From an uncultured Gemmatimonadaceae bacterium (GTDB taxonomy: Bacteria > Gemmatimonadota > Gemmatimonadetes > Gemmatimonadales > Gemmatimonadaceae): a stretch of DNA of 10,317 nucleotides. Positions 7,901-10,317 of the stretch are shown piece by piece (position 1 is the stretch's first letter; every line of letters starts with the position of its first letter). The stretch is from positions 1-10,317 of the forward strand of contig CAWGJO010000009.1 in the NCBI GenBank assembly GCA_963822945.1, given 5' to 3'. The notes beneath the pieces were generated by a model. It ran no database searches. It was given only the letters and a program-made list of their open reading frames with translations, and was not told the origin of the DNA. A program made the translations under genes and the position numbers.

Positions 7901-8070
7901 ACGTTCGGCGATGCGGCAGACAACGGTGGTCGGTGAACAAGCTGATCGAGGACAAGCGCGCGTACACCGTGTTCGAGGAAATCAACACCTACCCCGCGGT
8001 GGTCTACTTGAAGAAGGTCGACCCGTCCCTCGCCGGCAACGGCGTCCAACAGTTGAGGAGGGCTCGGTAA
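4929..8070 (+). CDS. actB: Alternative Complex III subunit ActB (Tat-exported lipoprotein; molybdopterin-oxidoreductase-like B1 domain fused to an NrfC/PsrB-like Fe-S B2 domain), about 1,050 aa after correcting about 7 frame changes
   Basis: Tat motif KRRDFLK (4971-4991), lipobox AAGC (Cys 5031), 'IKLEGNPDHP' and 'WLQELPDPVAKIVW'. B2 motifs are CTGCSACVTAC (7299), CQQCGNAPCEPVCP (7521), YNRCVGT..CSNNCPY (7616), EKCTFC (7781) and TACAASCP (7871). Frame changes lie near 6848, 6868, 7050, 7586, 7630, 7699 and 7924. It ends at TAA 8068-8070, overlapping the actC ATG. Confidence 0.9.
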
Positions 8071-9479
8071 TGGCAACGACTGCTGCGCCCTTCCCATCGG
8101 GCGAAGAACTCCGCCCCAACGTCGCGTCGGCGGATGTGCACTTCCCGGCCATCAAGACGTACGAGCAGATCGATCACGACATCATCAACACGATGCGCCC
8201 CACTCTGGGGTGGTTCGCGCTGCTCACGCTGGCCATCCTCGCGTTGCTCGTCGGTGCCGGATCGTGGATCTATCAGATCTACGCCGGCCTTGGCGTGGCG
8301 GGATACCAGCCCCCCGTCATGTGGGGCGTGTACATCGTCAGCTTCGTGTTCTGGGTCGGTATCGGTCACGCCGGCACGCTGATCTCGGCCATTCTGTATC
8401 TGTTCCGGGCCGGCTTCCGCACCAGCATCTATCGCGTGTCCGAAGCGATGACCGTGTTCGCCGTCATGACGGCCGGCCTCTTCCCGATCCTCCACCTCGG
8501 ACGCCCCTGGAAGTTCTTCTACCTGGTGCCCTATCCGAACTGGCGGTTGATCTGGCCGAATCCGAAGAGCCCGCTGGTGTGGGACGTCTTCGCGATCCTC
8601 ACGTACCTCACGGTGTCGGCCACCTTCCTGTTCGTCGGGCTCATTCCCGACTTCGCCGTCATGCGCGACCGGGAGAAGAACCCGATCCGGAAGCGGCTGT
8701 TCGCCACGCTCTCGCTGGGGTGGCGAAACTCCGACCGGGAATGGCGCCACTTCGCCCGCGCCTATCTGTTCCTGGCCGCCTTCGCGACGCCGCTGGTGCT
8801 GTCCGTGCACTCGGTCGTGTCGTTCGACTTCGCGATGGCCAACATGCCGGGCTGGCACGAGACGATCTTTCCGCCGTACTTCGTGGCCGGGGCCATCTAC
8901 TCCGGCCTCGGGATGGTGTTCACGATCGTCATCCCGATGCGGAAGTTCTTCAAGCTCGAGCACTACATCACGCTCAACGACCTCGATGCGGCGGCCAAGA
9001 TGTGCCTCTTCGTCTCGATGGTCGTGGGGCTCGCCTACCTCACCGAGTTCCAGATGGGGTGGCTGGCCGGCACGAGCTTCGAGCAGGAGTACTGGTGGCA
9101 GCGCGCCTTCGGCCAGTGGGCCTGGGCCGAGTGGATCATCCTGACCTGCAACTGCCTCCTGCCGCTGTCGCTGTTCTCGCAGAAACTGCGCCGCAACCCG
9201 ACCTGGCTGTTCATCCTGTCGATCTTCATCAACATCGGCATGTGGTTCGAGCGGTTCGTCATCATCATCCCGTCGCTGTCGCATGAGTTCGAGCCCTGGC
9301 AGTGGGGCACGTACCGGCCGACGTGGGTGGACATGGGCATCCTGCTCGGCAGCTTCGGGTGGTTCTTCATGTGGTTCCTGCTGTTCATCAAGCAGATGCC
9401 GGTGATGGCCATCTCCGAATTCAAGGAACTGATCCCGGCGCGCCTCAGGCGCCAACCGGCGGAAGGAGGGGCCCACTGA
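8070..9479 (+). CDS. actC: Alternative Complex III quinol-binding membrane subunit ActC (NrfD/PsrC family), 469 aa
   Basis: Multiple transmembrane helices with motifs 'WGVYIVSFVFWVGIGHAGTLISAIL', 'HLGRPW', 'KSPLVWD', 'VHSVVSFDFA', 'PGWHETIFPPYFVAGAIYSG' and 'GMWFERFVII'. SD GAGGAGG at 8055-8061 precedes ATG 8070, so the ORF-track start at 7911 is too early. Confidence 0.95.
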   Translation: MATTAAPFPSGEELRPNVASADVHFPAIKTYEQIDHDIINTMRPTLGWFALLTLAILALLVGAGSWIYQIYAGLGVAGYQPPVMWGVYIVSFVFWVGIGHAGTLISAILYLFRAGFRTSIYRVSEAMTVFAVMTAGLFPILHLGRPWKFFYLVPYPNWRLIWPNPKSPLVWDVFAILTYLTVSATFLFVGLIPDFAVMRDREKNPIRKRLFATLSLGWRNSDREWRHFARAYLFLAAFATPLVLSVHSVVSFDFAMANMPGWHETIFPPYFVAGAIYSGLGMVFTIVIPMRKFFKLEHYITLNDLDAAAKMCLFVSMVVGLAYLTEFQMGWLAGTSFEQEYWWQRAFGQWAWAEWIILTCNCLLPLSLFSQKLRRNPTWLFILSIFINIGMWFERFVIIIPSLSHEFEPWQWGTYRPTWVDMGILLGSFGWFFMWFLLFIKQMPVMAISEFKELIPARLRRQPAEGGAH

Positions 9480-9979
9480 TGCCAGGCGTCATCGCGGCCT
9501 TCCACGAACTCGACTCCGCCGTGCATGCGCTGGAGGCGCTCAAGAAAGCGCGCTTCGGCGATCTCACGGTGTACACGCCGACGCCGCATCACGAATTCGA
9601 CGAGGTGCTGGCGCGGCCCGAGAGCCACGTGCGCCGGTGGACGCTCATCGGCGGCATGCTCGGCTGCACCTTCGGTTACTGGATCTGGGTCTGGGTCTCG
9701 CGCTACTGGCCGCTTGTCGTGGGCGGCAAGGCGATCGTGGCCTGGGTGCCCTACACGATTTTCGGTTTCGAGGTGATGGTGCTGGTCGGTTCGCTCGCGA
9801 CGGTCTTCGGGATGTTCGCCAATTCCCGTATCCCGCGGCTCACCACCACGGTGGGCTACGATCCGCGCTTCAGCGGCGGGCACTTCGGCGTCTGGGTCGA
9901 AACGACCCCGGACAAGGCCGACGCCGCGGCCGCGCTGATGCGCGAGCACGGAGCCGAGGAGGTGCGCAGTGAACGCTAG
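9479..9979 (+). CDS. actD: Alternative Complex III subunit ActD (DUF3341), 166 aa
   Basis: Motifs 'GVIAAF', 'VYTPTPHH', two transmembrane helices flanking 'YWPLVVGGK', 'FEVMVL', 'YDPRFS' and 'GAEEV'. ATG 9479 overlaps the actC stop (TGATG), with SD GGAAGGAGG at 9461-9469. Confidence 0.92.
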   Translation: MPGVIAAFHELDSAVHALEALKKARFGDLTVYTPTPHHEFDEVLARPESHVRRWTLIGGMLGCTFGYWIWVWVSRYWPLVVGGKAIVAWVPYTIFGFEVMVLVGSLATVFGMFANSRIPRLTTTVGYDPRFSGGHFGVWVETTPDKADAAAALMREHGAEEVRSER

Positions 9980-10317
9980 CCTCCATCGGACCGTCCTCCG
10001 CGTCGCAGCGTTCGCCTACGTGGCCGTGATGGTCAGTGGGTGTTCCTGGTTCACCGACTTCAAGCGGCAACCCAGCTGGCACCCGTGGCAGAGTGAGGCC
10101 GACACCATCCCGGCACGGGGCAACCCGCAGAGCTCGGTTTCGGTGTACGGGTCGGTCGCGCCCGGCTTCATCTACAGTCGCGCCCAGCTGCCGGCGACGA
10201 TCGACTCGATGTCCGTGCTCAAGAATCCGATCCCGCCCGACGCGCGGTCGCTCGAGAACGGCCGCAAGTACTTCGCCATCAACTGCTCGGTCTGTCACGG
10301 CTACACGGGAGCGGGCA
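9969..10317 (+). CDS. actE: Alternative Complex III monoheme cytochrome c lipoprotein ActE (3'-truncated; not in the ORF track)
   Basis: Manual translation from GTG 9969 (SD GAGGAGG at 9956-9962) gives MNASLHRTVLRVAAFAYVAVMVSGCSWFTDFKRQP...LKNPIPPDARSLENGRKYFAINCSVCHGYTGAG. It has lipobox VSGC (Cys 10041) and heme motif CSVCH (10284-10298), and follows actD. Confidence 0.9.
   Translation, partial: MNASLHRTVLRVAAFAYVAVMVSGCSWFTDFKRQPSWHPWQSEADTIPARGNPQSSVSVYGSVAPGFIYSRAQLPATIDSMSVLKNPIPPDARSLENGRKYFAINCSVCHGYTGAG

Noticed and set aside
4929..8070. Programmed ribosomal frameshifting, a split actB1/actB2, or a true pseudogene
   Set aside because: There are no slippery heptamers at the shift sites, no internal stop/start pair between B1 and B2, and all Cys motifs are intact. 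The same type of indel also occurs in unrelated genes, so sequencing error is the simplest explanation.
4929..9479. Annotation as a true molybdoenzyme (polysulfide/tetrathionate reductase) or Nrf/Qrc complex
   Set aside because: The order pentaheme cytochrome, fused B1-B2, NrfD-like, DUF3341, monoheme lipoprotein, and the CVGT..C [3Fe-4S]-type motif are diagnostic of ACIII.
153..10298. Long minus-strand ORFs (153-1085, 1006-2562, 2312-3316, 3114-4277, 5067-6872, 6873-7580, 8004-9476, 9035-9949, 9870-10298)
   Set aside because: They are antisense shadows of GC-rich genes, with no recognisable motifs and near-complete overlap with well-supported + strand CDSs.
1..10317. CRISPR arrays, tRNA/rRNA genes, IS elements, tandem repeats
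   Set aside because: None was seen. The window is almost fully coding, and the only sizeable gap (4056-4248) is explained as a promoter region.

Overview
High-GC bacterial window, plausibly Gemmatimonadota from gene content and order (inference only), with all real genes on the + strand in two blocks. Block 1 (1-4055): the 3' end of an uncharacterised protein, a TrmJ-type SPOUT RNA methyltransferase, a class-III PLP aminotransferase (GSA-aminomutase-like, not clearly HemL), and a translationally coupled pair of amidohydrolase-fold proteins. The first of the pair has metal ligands and the second apparently lacks them. Block 2 (4249->10317): the start of a respiratory Alternative Complex III operon, actA (pentaheme), actB (Tat lipoprotein, molybdopterin-oxidoreductase-like domain plus Fe-S domain), actC (NrfD/PsrC family), actD (DUF3341) and a truncated actE (monoheme lipoprotein) that the ORF track misses. 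The AT-richer spacer holds a perfect palindrome, TTGTGAA-ATAG-TTCACAA, which fits both Rex and CRP-family consensus. ActB retains a full CxxCxxxC-x27-C (FS0-type) motif. About ten frame changes, nine of them -1 and mostly in short C/G runs, break the aminotransferase, amidohydrolase 1 and actB. They look like long-read consensus errors and make several ORF-track calls misleading. No mobile elements, CRISPR arrays or RNA genes were seen.
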